DNA of 64,000 bases from an uncultured delta proteobacterium (lineage in GTDB: Bacteria; Desulfobacterota; Syntrophobacteria; Syntrophobacterales; Syntrophobacteraceae). This document shows positions 11,752-23,805 of the stretch, piece after piece. Each line of letters starts with the position of its first letter. Within the stretch, counting starts at the first letter, position 1. The position numbers and the translations under genes are program-made. Where the stretch lies: contig CAWEHK010000041.1 in NCBI GenBank assembly GCA_963808625.1, forward strand, positions 32,001-96,000, in the 5' to 3' direction. The notes beneath the pieces are model-generated. The model was given only the letters and a program-made list of their open reading frames with translations, had not been told where the DNA came from and made no database searches.

Positions 11752-11843
11752 GCGTCTTGGAAACGCAGTGTTTACCGGTAATCAGCAAAATACCGGCAGG
11801 GGGGTCTCAAAGCGAGAAGCGGAGGAGGGAATGAGAGGCAGGG

Positions 11844-11867
11844 GAGGGCACGGCGAACCGTGCCCTC
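11844..11867. terminator. Hairpin between convergent dedA and mce (REP-like / terminator)
   Basis: GAGGGCACGG-CGAA-CCGTGCCCTC, perfect 10-bp stem. Confidence 0.55.
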
Positions 11868-11875
11868 GAATTACC

Positions 11876-12286
11876 CTATGTTCTTTCCGAGATTTCGACC
11901 AGCACGCCAAAGGTGGACTTCGGGTGGAGGAAGGCAATCTTGGCTCCGCCCGCGCCCATGCGCGGCTTCTCGTCAATCAGAGCAACGCCCTTGGCCTTCA
12001 GTTCGGCCAGAGCTTCTTCAATGTTTTCTACACGAAAGGCAATGTGCTGAACCCCGCCTCGACCGCCATTCTTTTCGATAAATTTGGCAATGGGGCCATC
12101 CGGCGCGGTTGATTCCAACAATTCTACTTCGGTGTCGCCCACCGGAAAGAAGGCTGTGGTGACCTTTTGTTCCGCTACCGTTTCACTACCGGCGTGGGGC
12201 AGGCCCAGGATGTCGCTGTAGAGTTTCTTGGCATCATCGACGCTGGCGACGGCGATGCCGATGTGATCCACTTTTAAAACCTTCAT
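11876..12286 (-). CDS. mce: Methylmalonyl-CoA epimerase
   Basis: DHIGIAV, VELLE, HIAFRV and FLHPKSTFGVLVE motifs; clustered with the mutase. Confidence 0.95.
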   Translation of the reverse strand: MKVLKVDHIGIAVASVDDAKKLYSDILGLPHAGSETVAEQKVTTAFFPVGDTEVELLESTAPDGPIAKFIEKNGGRGGVQHIAFRVENIEEALAELKAKGVALIDEKPRMGAGGAKIAFLHPKSTFGVLVEISERT

Positions 12287-12298
12287 TGTGCCCTCCTG

Positions 12299-13288
12299 CT
12301 ACCTTTTCGAAATTGAAAGCCAATTCTTGACGATCTGACGCATGATGGTGTAGGGGTCTTGTTTGTGATCCAAAATGTCCTCTACGAGATGATCAAGCTG
12401 TCCGGTGCTGTCGAGTTGCTCGCGCACGACTCGGAAAAGCTCATTGTGGATCATCCGGAGCGTTTCCCGATAAGTGCGGTCGCGGCGTTTTTCCAAGAGT
12501 TTACCGCTGTCTTTCAAGTGGTTGCGATGCTGCTCGATTGCCTTCCACAGGTCATCCACGCCTTCATTGTTAACCGCGACCGTCTTGACGATGGGTGGAG
12601 TCCAATCGGTTGGCTTAATGTGGCTATCCTGCTCGACCCGGTAGCAAACCTCGGCCCACAATTGATCGGCCCCGGCCCGGTCCGCTTTGTTGATAACAAA
12701 GACATCGGCAATTTCCATGATCCCGGCCTTCATGCTCTGGATCGCATCGCCGAGGCCCGGGACCAAAACCAGGCAAGTGGTATCGGCGATGCCGATAATG
12801 TCCACTTCATCCTGGCCCACACCGACCGTTTCAATAATGACCACATCTTTGCCAAACGCATCGAGGACTTTCACCACATCCCCAGTGGCTTTGGACGTAC
12901 CACCGAGAAAACCGCGGGTGGCCATACTCCTGATGTAGACGTCCGGGTCCAGGTTGTGTTCGCTCATGCGCACGCGGTCCCCCAAAATCGCCCCACCCGT
13001 GAAGGGACTGGAAGGGTCCACAGCGATAATGCCCACGGTCAGTCCCGCTTTTCGTATGTGGTGGGTCAATCTGTCGGTAAGCGTGCTTTTTCCTGCTCCC
13101 GGTGAACCCGTAATACCGATGATGTAGGCGTTGCCGGTGTGGCGATAGAGTTTCACCATGCACTGGTATGCCCTCTCGTCTTCATCTTCCAGCCAGGTGA
13201 TCAACCGCGCAACCGCCGTGGTTGATCCTCCAAGGATCTCCGCGGCGTAATCCTTCGGCATTGCATTGTGCACTGCTTTCCCCTTCAA
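12299..13288 (-). CDS. meaB: Methylmalonyl-CoA mutase-associated GTPase MeaB (start may be ATG 13261)
   Basis: GITGSPGAGKS, AVDPSSPFTGGAILGDR, ETVGVGQ and KAGIMEIAD. Confidence 0.95.
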   Translation of the reverse strand: MKGKAVHNAMPKDYAAEILGGSTTAVARLITWLEDEDERAYQCMVKLYRHTGNAYIIGITGSPGAGKSTLTDRLTHHIRKAGLTVGIIAVDPSSPFTGGAILGDRVRMSEHNLDPDVYIRSMATRGFLGGTSKATGDVVKVLDAFGKDVVIIETVGVGQDEVDIIGIADTTCLVLVPGLGDAIQSMKAGIMEIADVFVINKADRAGADQLWAEVCYRVEQDSHIKPTDWTPPIVKTVAVNNEGVDDLWKAIEQHRNHLKDSGKLLEKRRDRTYRETLRMIHNELFRVVREQLDSTGQLDHLVEDILDHKQDPYTIMRQIVKNWLSISKR

Positions 13289-13579
13289 TACCTTCGACTG
13301 GTTTGATTGTTTGTTGCGAGGCTTTTATAAGGATACGGTCGGCCAGCCCTCGCAGGATGACTTAACTCGCCCACCCGAGCTAATCGTCTTCCTTTTGCAG
13401 GAAGCATGAGAAAAGTGAGGGGTTAATTACAAGGCCCCGGCTCTTCCGTTGTCTGAGATTCTGAGAAGAGCAGGGCTGGCTCTGAGGATGATCGGGGAGC
13501 GCAACCCTTTGGGAGGTCCGTCTCCCCGATCCATCAATTACCAGTCCGTTTAGACTGTTGTCATCAAGAGCTCAGCCGT

Positions 13580-13981
13580 CTAGCCACGAGCCTTGACATT
13601 GCTCTGAATGAAATCCACGATTTCCGTAGTGGGAGTCCCTGGCCCAAAGATGCCAGTCACGCCGGCCTTCTTAAGACCTTCGTAATCCTCCACCGGAATG
13701 ATGCCACCGCCCACCAGTAAAACATCACTGAGCCCTTTGTCACGGAGTAATTCCGCCACTCTGGGGAAAAAGTAATTGTGCACACCGGAAAGGCTGCTCA
13801 TCCCGACCACGTCGGCGTCTTCCTGGATGGCCGTTTGAACAATCATCTCGGGGGTCTGGCGCAATCCGGTGTAGACCACCTCCATACCGGCTTCAGCAAA
13901 TATTCTTGCCAACAACTTGGCGCCACGGTCATGCCCATCGAGACCTGGTTTTGCTACTATGATTTTGATCTTCTTTGCCAT
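13580..13981 (-). CDS. Methylmalonyl-CoA mutase small, cobalamin-binding subunit
   Basis: [11 protein letters not shown]12-binding motif, SSLSG, GGGII. Confidence 0.95.
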   Translation of the reverse strand: MAKKIKIIVAKPGLDGHDRGAKLLARIFAEAGMEVVYTGLRQTPEMIVQTAIQEDADVVGMSSLSGVHNYFFPRVAELLRDKGLSDVLLVGGGIIPVEDYEGLKKAGVTGIFGPGTPTTEIVDFIQSNVKARG

Positions 13982-14032
13982 GGAAAATTACCTCCGCTAA
14001 TCGAACAGTTCATGAACCTGAAGTCTGATCTT

Positions 14033-15712
14033 CTAGACAAATTCTTTGGGTCGATATTCGCCGAAAACGTCACGCCACACATTGCAGATCTCGCCGACTG
14101 TGGCTTTTGCCTTCACGGCTTCAATTACTGCGGGCATGACATTTTCGTTCGTCTTGGAGACTTCCCGCAACTTATCCAGAGCTGCCTTCCACTTGGCCTG
14201 ATCTCTTGATGCGCGAAATTTCTTCAGCTCTGCGGCCTTGACGTCTCCCACCGACATATCCACCTTAAGAAGACCTGTTGGAGGAGGTTCTTCCATGGTG
14301 TACTTGTTGATCCCGACATATACCCGTTCCCCGGACTCGATCTCTTTCTGGAACCGATAAGCACTGTTCTGGATCTCTTTCTGGATGTAGCCTTGCTCGA
14401 TGGCGACCAGGGTGCCGCCCATGGCATCGATCTTCTTGATATATTCATCGATTTCGGCTTCGATCTTATCGGTCATGGCCTCGACGTAGTAGCAGCCCGC
14501 CAGAGGATCGATGGTATCCGTGGCGCCGCTTTCTTCGGCCACGATCTGCTGGGTGCGCAGAGCCACCGTCACGGCTTGCTGAGTGGGCAGACAGAGAGCT
14601 TCGTCGTAGGAGTTGGTGTGGAGTGACTGACCCCCGCCCAACGCCGTGGCGTAGGTCTGCAGGCCCACGCGAACAACGTTGTTCAGCGGTTGCTGGGCGG
14701 TCAGGGTAACACCGCCGGTCTGAACATGGTAGCGCAGCATCATGGAGCGCGGGTCCTTTGCCTTGAAGCGATCTCTCATCACTTTGGCCCAATACCTGCG
14801 AGCGGCGCGGAACTTGGCAACCTCTTCCAGAACGTTGGTGAAAGCATTGAAGAAGAAGCTCAAGCGCGGACCAAAGGAGTCAACATCCATGCCTCGATCA
14901 ACGCATGCCTGAGCATAGGCGATCCCGTCAGCGAGCGTGAAAGCCATTTCCTGGGCTGCGGTGGAGCCTGATTCACGGATGTGGTAACCACTGATACTGA
15001 TGGTGTTCCACTTGGGGACATGCTTCTGGCAGAACTCGATCAAGTCGACCGTCAGCCGCATGGTGGGCTTGGGGGGATAGATGTACTGGCCACGGCAGAT
15101 GATTTCCTTCAGAACATCATTCTGTATGGTGCCGCTCACCTTGTCCCAGGTTACCCCCTGCTCTTCGGCCAAGGAAAGATACATGCCCAGAAGGACCGTG
15201 GCAGCAGCATTGATGGTCATGGAGGTGGAGACCTTGTCGAGCGGAATACCATCGAAAAGGACCTTCATATCTTCGATCGAGTCAATGGCAACGCCTACTT
15301 TTCCTACTTCACCCATGGAAAGCGGGTCGTCGCTGTCGTATCCGGCCTGAGTCGGAAGGTGGAAAGCGACGCTCAACCCGGTCTGCCCCTGTTTCAGCAA
15401 GTACCGATAGCGCTCATTGGTCTGCTTGGCGGTGCCAAATCCGGCGTATTGACGCATCGTCCAATAACGGCCGCGATACATAGTCGGCTGCACTCCACGG
15501 GTGTAGGGGAACGATCCGGGATAGCTGAGGTCCCGGTCATAATCCAAGCCCGTAACATCCAGAGGCGTATAGAGCCGCTCTACGGGCGCCCCCGAAATGG
15601 TGGTGAACTCTTTCTTCTGCTCGGGCGCCTTGGCGAGTGTTTTTGCAACAGGTCCCTGATCCCATTTTTCTTTTCCTGCTTTGATCTTTTCTAACACCTT
15701 CTCGTCAAACAT
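14033..15712 (-). CDS. Methylmalonyl-CoA mutase large, substrate-binding subunit
   Basis: PYTRG, TMRQYAGF (Tyr typical of methylmalonyl specificity), QNDVLKE, ISGYHIRE, LHTNSYDEAL; RBS before ATG 15712. Confidence 0.95.
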   Translation of the reverse strand: MFDEKVLEKIKAGKEKWDQGPVAKTLAKAPEQKKEFTTISGAPVERLYTPLDVTGLDYDRDLSYPGSFPYTRGVQPTMYRGRYWTMRQYAGFGTAKQTNERYRYLLKQGQTGLSVAFHLPTQAGYDSDDPLSMGEVGKVGVAIDSIEDMKVLFDGIPLDKVSTSMTINAAATVLLGMYLSLAEEQGVTWDKVSGTIQNDVLKEIICRGQYIYPPKPTMRLTVDLIEFCQKHVPKWNTISISGYHIRESGSTAAQEMAFTLADGIAYAQACVDRGMDVDSFGPRLSFFFNAFTNVLEEVAKFRAARRYWAKVMRDRFKAKDPRSMMLRYHVQTGGVTLTAQQPLNNVVRVGLQTYATALGGGQSLHTNSYDEALCLPTQQAVTVALRTQQIVAEESGATDTIDPLAGCYYVEAMTDKIEAEIDEYIKKIDAMGGTLVAIEQGYIQKEIQNSAYRFQKEIESGERVYVGINKYTMEEPPPTGLLKVDMSVGDVKAAELKKFRASRDQAKWKAALDKLREVSKTNENVMPAVIEAVKAKATVGEICNVWRDVFGEYRPKEFV

Positions 15713-16002
15713 ACTTACCCTCCTCAACACGATTTCCACACGATACCGCCCCCCAGGTGTCCCCGGAGGACTCTGTTAAAAAAAGCACGAACTCACGTGT
15801 TCGAGCACTTGTGGATCACTTCCTCAATCCCCGCCAACGAGGTCTTTGGAAAGTGAGCCAGAGCGTGATGAATAAAAGGAGACGGGTTAATGATACGGTT
15901 CTGCCTGTGCGCTACCTCCATCAGTCAAAAGTCTATATGGATCCAGGGCCCTCACACAATATTTCACTAACATCTATAGCAGCAAGCATCGGAAGATGCA
16001 AC

Positions 16003-16018
16003 AGCAATTGATGCGCCA
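16003..16018 (-). promoter_or_regulatory. Sigma-54 (-24/-12) promoter upstream of the mutase operon
   Basis: Minus strand TGGCGC-ATCAA-TTGCT matches TGGCAC-N5-TTGCW with one mismatch and correct orientation. Confidence 0.65.
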
Positions 16019-16184
16019 TGGCAAAAATGGGAACACAAAATGAGGCCCGATGAGCAGGTCGCGAAGAAAAGGTTGGCGTTCTTTGTGGAAACGGGCTTGA
16101 CACCCGACGAAGGTGCATTTTATATGGAATACAGTTTTAGCAAATAGTTGATTCTGGGGCGGGCTGATCCTGATTTGAGGGAGG

Positions 16185-16376
16185 TTGCGAGTGATGAGCG
16201 CTGGCTATGCTAGAACTGTGGAGAGTCCCTGTCGGACGTGCGAAAATGTGGATGCGAGCAAGGAGGAATGCAGCAGGAACTGCGACCGGCTGCGAGCATT
16301 TCAGGATGCCATTCTTCTCTGCGACGAGGCGAGTATTAAGAATTTTGCCATGAAGTGCAGCTTTTCCAGGAATTGA
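16185..16376 (+). CDS. Small Cys-rich hypothetical protein
   Basis: GAGGGAGG RBS, SPCxxC...CxxxC pattern, followed by a terminator. Confidence 0.6.
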   Translation: MRVMSAGYARTVESPCRTCENVDASKEECSRNCDRLRAFQDAILLCDEASIKNFAMKCSFSRN

Positions 16377-16441
16377 AAGTCATTCCAAAGGCGAAATGCC
16401 TGGCAACACAAAGTCCCTTGAAGAGGCAAAATGCAAGGAAC

Positions 16442-16470
16442 AAAAAAGGCGGCTCGAAGCCGCCTTTTTT
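16442..16470. terminator. Bidirectional rho-independent terminator
   Basis: AAAAAAGGCGGC-TCGAA-GCCGCCTTTTTT between convergent genes. Confidence 0.9.
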
Positions 16471-16494
16471 GTTACCTTGCCATGAACAGTGACC

Positions 16495-17448
<954 letters not shown>

Positions 17449-17487
17449 TCATCCACTCGAGCTTCAACAAATACTCACTCGCTTCAC

Positions 17488-19482
17488 TTAGCCAACGACC
17501 AGCAACACGGTACCCTTCTGTACGCTTTGACCAGCCTGGCACAGCAGATCTGTTTGATCACGCCATCCGCCGGACTGGTGAGGGAATTCTCCATCTTCAT
17601 GGCTTCGAGCACCATGACGACATCGCCGGCCTTGACCGTATCGCCTTCTTTCACTTCATAGCGAATGACCATGCCCGGCATGGGGGATTCCATCTTGGTG
17701 CCGCCGGCAACCGGAGCGGCAGGCGCCGCGGCCGGAGCGGCAGCCGCGGCCGGCTTCGGCGCCGGGGCTGCGGCCGGTTTCGGAGCTGCGGCGACGGGCT
17801 GGGCAACCGGGGTGATCGAGGTGATCACCGGAGCGGCGCCGCCAACCTGCTCCACATCAACCTCAAAGAAGTCACCGTCAACAAAGACATTGAAGGTGCG
17901 CACCCCATCACCCTTTTCGGGGACGACCTTTTCGGGCTTCTCGACGAGCTTGCCGGCGAGGGCCTTCTTGACCAACTCGGCCTCACGCTCGCAGTCTTCG
18001 AGGGTCTTGCCCTTGATTTCCGGTGGCATCGGCTCAACGCCATACTTCCACTTCAGGTAGCGCATGCCGGTCATGGGGTACATGCCGTAGATGATGACAT
18101 CGTCGATGTCCTTGGCCAAGCCCTTGGTATCTTCCCAATTCTTCGGCATTTCGGTCTGGGATGATCTCACCGGGGCGGCACGTGATGGGAACTTCGCCCT
18201 TGGGATAGCCCTTGAGCGCCTTCTTCTGAATTTCGGGATCGAGAGGCACAGGGGTTTCACCATAGAGCCCGTAGAAAAGGTCTTTGGACTGGGCCGAAAT
18301 CATCTTGTAGCGCTCTTCGGGAGTATCGAAGAGCACGTTGTTGACGGCCTGGATGCCAACGATCTGACTGGTTGGCGTGACCAGGGGTACCTGGCCCATC
18401 TCTTTTCGAACCTGAGGCAGGGCTTCGAACACGTCGTTCAGGCGGTCGGAAGCGCCCATTTCGCGCAGCTGATTGATCAGGTTGGAGAGCATGCCGCCCG
18501 GCGTCTGGTGCAGCAGCACGTTGATGTCGATGGTCGACATCCGGTCATCCAGGAGATAACGATACTTGGGGGAGACCTTCTCGAACCAGGCGCCGCACTC
18601 GGCGAGCTTAAGGAGATCAAACCCGGTGTCGCGGTTGGTGTGTCGCAACGAGACAACCAGCGGCTCGATGGCTGGATGGGAGCTGCGGTAAGCCCAAGGC
18701 GCCAGGCAGGTGTCGATGATGTCCACACCCGCTTCCACGGCCTTCAGCAGGGCCAGGTCCGCCATGCCTGAAGTGAAGTGGCTGTGCAGATGAATCGGGA
18801 TCTTCACCGCTGCTTTCAGAGCTTTGACCAGGTAATAAGCGTCGTAAGGAGCAACCAAACCGGCCATATCTTTGATACAAATGGTGTCGGCGCCCATGTC
18901 TTCGAGCTGCTTGGCCTTCTGCACATAGTAGTCCAGGTTGTAAACCGGCCCGCCCATGCGGCGCAGGGTCAAGGAGTAGCAGATGACTCCCTGGAAGTGC
19001 TTGCCGAGTTTCTTGATAGGCTTGATGACCGCTTCAAAGTTGCGGAAATCGTTGAGCGCATCAAAGGTCCGGAAAATCTCGATACCATTGATGGCAGCGC
19101 GCTCGGTGAAAGCCTCGGCAAAGTCGTCTGCGTAATTCCTATAGCCTACGCAATTCTGCCCGCGCAGCAGCATCAGCATCGGGGTTTTGGTCAGGATTTT
19201 CTTCAGTTCGCGGATCCGCACCCACGGGTCTTCACCAAGAAACCGATGCATGGTGTCAAAAGTTGCCCCTCCCCAAGTCTCCATCGCCCAGTAACCCACC
19301 TCGTTCATTTTGTCGGCGATGGGCAGCAAATCCTCGGTTCGGCCGCGGGTGGCGAAAAGCGATTGATGACCATCACGAAAGGTCAAGTCGCAGATTTTGA
19401 TCGGGTTGTCCACTGCAGGGGCTGGATCATCAACGAGCTTTGCAATCAGTGATGTGCCATGAAGGTATTCGTTGTTTCCCAT
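17488..19482 (-). CDS. Pyruvate/oxaloacetate carboxyltransferase fused to a biotin carrier domain (PycB/OadA/transcarboxylase 5S-1.3S type; frameshifts near 18155 and 17545)
   Basis: RDGHQS, WGGATFD, IKDMAG, HLHSH, PGGMLSN, LVTPTSQIVG; Ala/Pro linker and EAMKMEN biotinylation site. Confidence 0.9.
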
Positions 19483-19719
19483 CCTTAATTCTCCTCTTTT
19501 CCGTTTTTTTCGTCCGCGAGATTCCACTCAACTCACCCCAGCTCAGCACCAGATTCCGTATTCCTCGGAAAGGGCTATTAGATCCTGAATGTTTCGTTTC
19601 TCTTCAGGTTGTTACAGCCAGGACTTGATACTCCAACTTAGGGCCACTTGCTCTCTGTTTCCTCTGTTGCCATGCACTATCAGCGCAACGTGATTGCGAA
19701 ACAAACCTCAATCAAAAGC

Positions 19720-19926
19720 CTAGCGCACCAAACGCATCTGCCACATCCACCTCGCTTCCATGGCAGCTTGCCGCCCGGCCATGGAGTAGGCAATATACGG
19801 CTGACGGGGTTTTTCCGCAAGTGCTTTTTGTTGCATGGCCAGTAACGCTGCTGCTTCCTGTTCCGTTTGAATATAAAGACCTAACGCTGATGCAATTGCC
19901 GCAACCACATTCTTCTGTAATTCCAT
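19720..19926 (-). CDS. Small protein resembling acyl-CoA carboxylase accessory (epsilon/delta-like) subunits
   Basis: AGGAGG RBS; VVAAIASAL...YSMAGR pattern; directly upstream of the carboxyltransferase. Confidence 0.55.
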   Translation of the reverse strand: MELQKNVVAAIASALGLYIQTEQEAAALLAMQQKALAEKPRQPYIAYSMAGRQAAMEARWMWQMRLVR

Positions 19927-19974
19927 TAAACCCTCCTGATAAAGTTCAGCCTGTTTCCGCTCACCACTCCTCTT

Positions 19975-20531
19975 TCAGAGTCCCAATTCATCGCTGATGG
20001 AAGCCATGGCTTTGATACTCAGCTCGATGAATTCCATCAGCGGTATGTTAATCCGTTCGCAGAGGGCAACATGATCCCGATTCACACTGCGAGCGAAGTC
20101 CTTGCTTTTCATTCGTTTCCTGACCGAACCCGGATTCAGGCTCCTAACCTGTTTGTCCGGATGGACCAGAGCCGCCGCAACAATGAGTCCCGTGATTGTC
20201 TCGGCGCAGGTCAGAGCGTAGTCGAAAACGGTCTCCCGCTCCAAGCCAAGCGCTTCGGCGTTATGCCGCAAGACGGCGTTTCAGCGCTTCTTCGGGGAGG
20301 CCGTAAGGCGCCAGGAGTCTCGACCGTCTTCCGCCCATGGACCTCGGGGTGCTCCTTCGTGTCTTCAAAATCAAGATCATGCAGCAATCCGATCGTGCCC
20401 CACAATTCACGGTCCTGCTCCAATCTTGCGGCCAGTTCAAGCATAATGGCTTCGGTCGCAAGACAATGCTTTTTAAGGTTGTCGGCCTTAACATGGGAAC
20501 CCAACAGCTGCAGAGCCTCATCCCGAGTCAT
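19975..20531 (-). CDS. HD-domain hydrolase (frameshifted near 20280-20320)
   Basis: MTRDEAL, KHCLATE, GLLHDLD, TGLIVAAAL, KDFARSVNR. Confidence 0.85.
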
Positions 20532-20569
20532 TGGACTCCCCTCAAAAAGGCGATCATCCCGCATCCCAC

Positions 20570-20902
20570 TCAGGCAGCCCGCCTCGTTCGCTTTTTCAAA
20601 TTGCTGATCCGCCGTCTGAAGGCATCGGCAAGTTGATTGTTGCCCGCTTCCTTGGCACGCTCCCGCTTCTCCTTGAGCGTTGTAATCTTCGCCTTAAGGG
20701 CTCGCACATCGATCTCTGTTTTGGTCGCCTTCTTGTCCTCAACGATGCCCTTGGCCTCTTTGACCGCGGCAATCAGCTCATTCTTGTTCATGGCATGGAC
20801 GCCAACAATACCCTCCAGGGTCAGAGCCAATTCGCGGAGCTCCTTGGCGGTCATCTTCTCCAGAGGTTTTTCTTTCTTTTCCTTCTCTTTCTTCTTACCC
20901 AT
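20570..20902 (-). CDS. Small basic protein with a Rho-termination-factor N-terminal-like domain
   Basis: [13 protein letters not shown]...[11 protein letters not shown]. Confidence 0.7.
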   Translation of the reverse strand: MGKKKEKEKKEKPLEKMTAKELRELALTLEGIVGVHAMNKNELIAAVKEAKGIVEDKKATKTEIDVRALKAKITTLKEKRERAKEAGNNQLADAFRRRISNLKKRTRRAA

Positions 20903-21695
20903 CTATCTGCTCCTTGGGCTGCCCCTTTGCCTTGCTGCTCTCATACAGCTCCGCCATAGAAATGAATGGTTTAAAGAGATCGATAGGAATCGGGAAGATG
21001 GTGGTGGAATTGTTTTCCGAAGCGATCTCTCGCAACGTTTGAAGATAACGCAATTGGATGGCGATGGGCTGTTGCTGCATAATCTCCGCTGCCTCCGCCA
21101 AGCGCGACGCTGCCTGAAACTCCCCTTCGGCGCCGATCACCTTCGCCCGTCGTTCTCTTTCCGCTTCGGCCTGCTTGGCCATGGCCCGCTGCATTTCTAT
21201 GGGCAGGTCGATCTGCTTGACTTCAACCACGGTGACCTTGATTCCCCATGGCTCGGTGTGACTGTCAAGGATCTCCTGAATGTGAGCGTTGATTTTGTCA
21301 CGTTCCGCCAGGAGGTCATCCAACTCACCCTGGCCGCAAACGCTTCTGAGCGTAGTCTGGGCCAGTTGGCTGGTGGCATAGAGGTAGTTCTCGACCGAAA
21401 CGATCGCCTTTACCGGGTCAATCACCCGGAAATAAATCACCGCACTGACTTTTACCGAAACATTGTCGCGCGTGATGACATCCTGCGGCGGCACGTCCGT
21501 GGCTATCAGTCGGAGACTAACCCTCTGCAAACGGTCAATGTAGGGAATGAGGATGATCAGGCCCGGCCCCTTGGCGCGGATCACCCGCCCAAGCCGGAAG
21601 ATCACGCCCCGCTCGTATTCATTGAGAATACGGATGGCGTTGGCCAGAAAAAGGACCACCAGAATGACTATCGCTGCGATCCCATAAATTGGCAT
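20895..21695 (-). CDS. SPFH/band-7 (stomatin-like, slipin) protein
   Basis: [43 protein letters not shown]. Confidence 0.95.
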   Translation of the reverse strand: MPIYGIAAIVILVVLFLANAIRILNEYERGVIFRLGRVIRAKGPGLIILIPYIDRLQRVSLRLIATDVPPQDVITRDNVSVKVSAVIYFRVIDPVKAIVSVENYLYATSQLAQTTLRSVCGQGELDDLLAERDKINAHIQEILDSHTEPWGIKVTVVEVKQIDLPIEMQRAMAKQAEAERERRAKVIGAEGEFQAASRLAEAAEIMQQQPIAIQLRYLQTLREIASENNSTTIFPIPIDLFKPFISMAELYESSKAKGQPKEQIDG

Positions 21696-21751
21696 ATCTT
21701 CCTCCCGCTTATGCAGCCTTCTCTACCGGAGGCTGCAAATGAAATAATTCA

Positions 21752-23069
21752 CTACTCTCTAGCACTGATTTTCCTGACTTTCAACCTTAAATTCTCTACC
21801 GAAACGACTTCCACCTTTTCCCCTGCAAATATGTGCTCATCAGCGACGGCATTCCAGAGTTCCCCACTGACAAATACTGTCCCTTCGGGAAGGAGATCTT
21901 TTTTAACCTCCCCAATCATTCCGGGCAGGGCCTCAGTCCCTGATTTGCGGCCTTCGCATCTGGGCTCGAAAGGCGAGACTGGCCACGGTCACAAAAAAGC
22001 CCGAGACGATGAGAACCGTCGGAATAAAAACCGACATGGCCAGCCGATTCGTATGACCGGGACCCGGAACAGCATGAGGGATCCCAGAACGAGCGAGAAC
22101 ACCCCGGCAAAACTGAGCAAGCCATGAGAGGCCACCTTGACCTCCAGGATGAAAAACAGCACCGCAAGGAGGATGAGGAGAATGCCCGCATAATTTACCG
22201 GCAGGGTCTGTAAGGCATACAGGGCCAGAATAAGGGCGATGCCCCCGATCACTCCGGGGAGGATGGCTCCGGGTTGAGAAAGCTCGAAATAAAGCCCGGC
22301 CAGCCCAATCATGAGCAAAATATAGGCAATATTGGGGTTGCTGATGCTTCTCAAGACCTGGTGTTGCCATCCTGGACGAAATCGTGCGCTGCTCAACTCC
22401 TGCCGTATGTAGCGTTCTGGTAGATCCTTTCCTCATGATTTCCCAGCCATCCAGCTTTTTGATCAGGGTTGGGAGGTCTTCGGCAACAAGGTCGATGACG
22501 TTTTTTTCATAGGCTTCTTCGGCCGTGATTGACACGCTCTTGCGAACCGAGTCTTCCAACCATTCCGCGTTCCTTCCCCGCTGGCCGGCGATGCTTCGCG
22601 CAAAGGCGACCATATCATTGACCACTTTCTCATTCATGGCTGACGGGACATCACCGCCCCCGATTGAAACCGGATGAGCCGCTCCGATATTGGTGCCGGG
22701 GGCCATGGCTGCGATATCCCCGGCAACCGTGACAAAGACTCCTGCCGACGCTGCCTGGGCGCCGCTGGGGTAGACGTAAACGACTATGGGCACAGCTGAG
22801 CTTCAGGATGGCCTGGACGATGCCCCGCATGGAAGCCATAACCCTCCCGGAGTGTCAAGGAGAATGATCAGGCATTCCGCGCCTTCCTCCTGGGAACGTT
22901 CAATGGCATACTTCACAAAATCCTCGACTCCGGGATTGATCGTGTCTTGAACCTGGACGATGTTGATGTGCGCGATATCGGCAAGAACCGTGCCCAGGCA
23001 GAATAGAGCCGAACAGAGCAGAGCCCCGAAAAGAAGCACCCTCCGGTTTTTCCCCGAATCGTTTCTCAT
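21752..23069 (-). CDS. nfeD: NfeD family membrane-bound serine protease (multiple frameshifts)
   Basis: LDTPGG, AASAG, MAPGTNIGAAHPV, TM region and C-terminal OB-like GELW segment; canonical neighbour of the SPFH gene. Confidence 0.85.
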
Positions 23070-23805
23070 TTAGTTTCCCTCCCGGTGACCGGTCAAAATG
23101 TCATGGACCAACAGCAGGTCCTGCCAGGCGGAGGCCTTCTGGGATGCGTTTCGCAGGAGATAGGCAGGATGGAAAGTGCAGATTAAAGGCATGCCTCGCC
23201 AGGAGATGCCACTTCCCCCGCAGGCTGGAAATGGGCCTGGTCGTGGCAAGCAGAGTCTGGGCGGCGGATGCTCCCAAAGCGCAGATCACCTCCGGGCCAA
23301 TGGCCTCCAATTGTCGAAAGAGGAATGGAGAACAGGTCTCAATCTCATCCTGAAGCGGGGTCCTGTTGTTCGGGGGGCGGCATTTGACCACGTTGCAGAT
23401 ATAGACTCCGTCACGTTTGAGCCCCAGAGCTTGGATCATCTTGTCAAGAAGCTTTCCCGCTCTGCCCACAAAAGGTCTCCCCTGCTGGTCCTCGTCAAAC
23501 CCGGGACCTTCACCGACAAACACCAGCCGGGCTTGTGGCGAACCTTCACCGTAGACGATCGTGGTGCGACCGAGATGCAGACGGCAGCGCGTGCACTCGC
23601 CAAGATCCTCCCTGATGAGGGAAAGCTCCTGCTCCGGATGGACCCGCTCAGAGGTCCTCTCACTTCCTGCCGATGCCGGCGTTTCGTGGTGCTTCGGTCT
23701 TACCGGCCAGTCCTTGATCCCGATCATCTGCAGATCAGTCACATACCGCTTCAGGCGATTCACGATAGCGGCGAGCTCCGCCCTCTTCCTGCTGTCAGCT
23801 TCCAC
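23070..23805 (-). CDS. Uracil-DNA glycosylase family 4 (frameshift near 23205)
   Basis: CTRCRL, GEGPG, PFVGRAG, NVVKCRPP; TFHPAYLLR in an alternate frame. Confidence 0.9.

Noticed and set aside
13300..13575. Cobalamin riboswitch near the mutase genes
   Set aside because: No recognisable B12-box or GCCACTG/GGGAAG core on the coding strand
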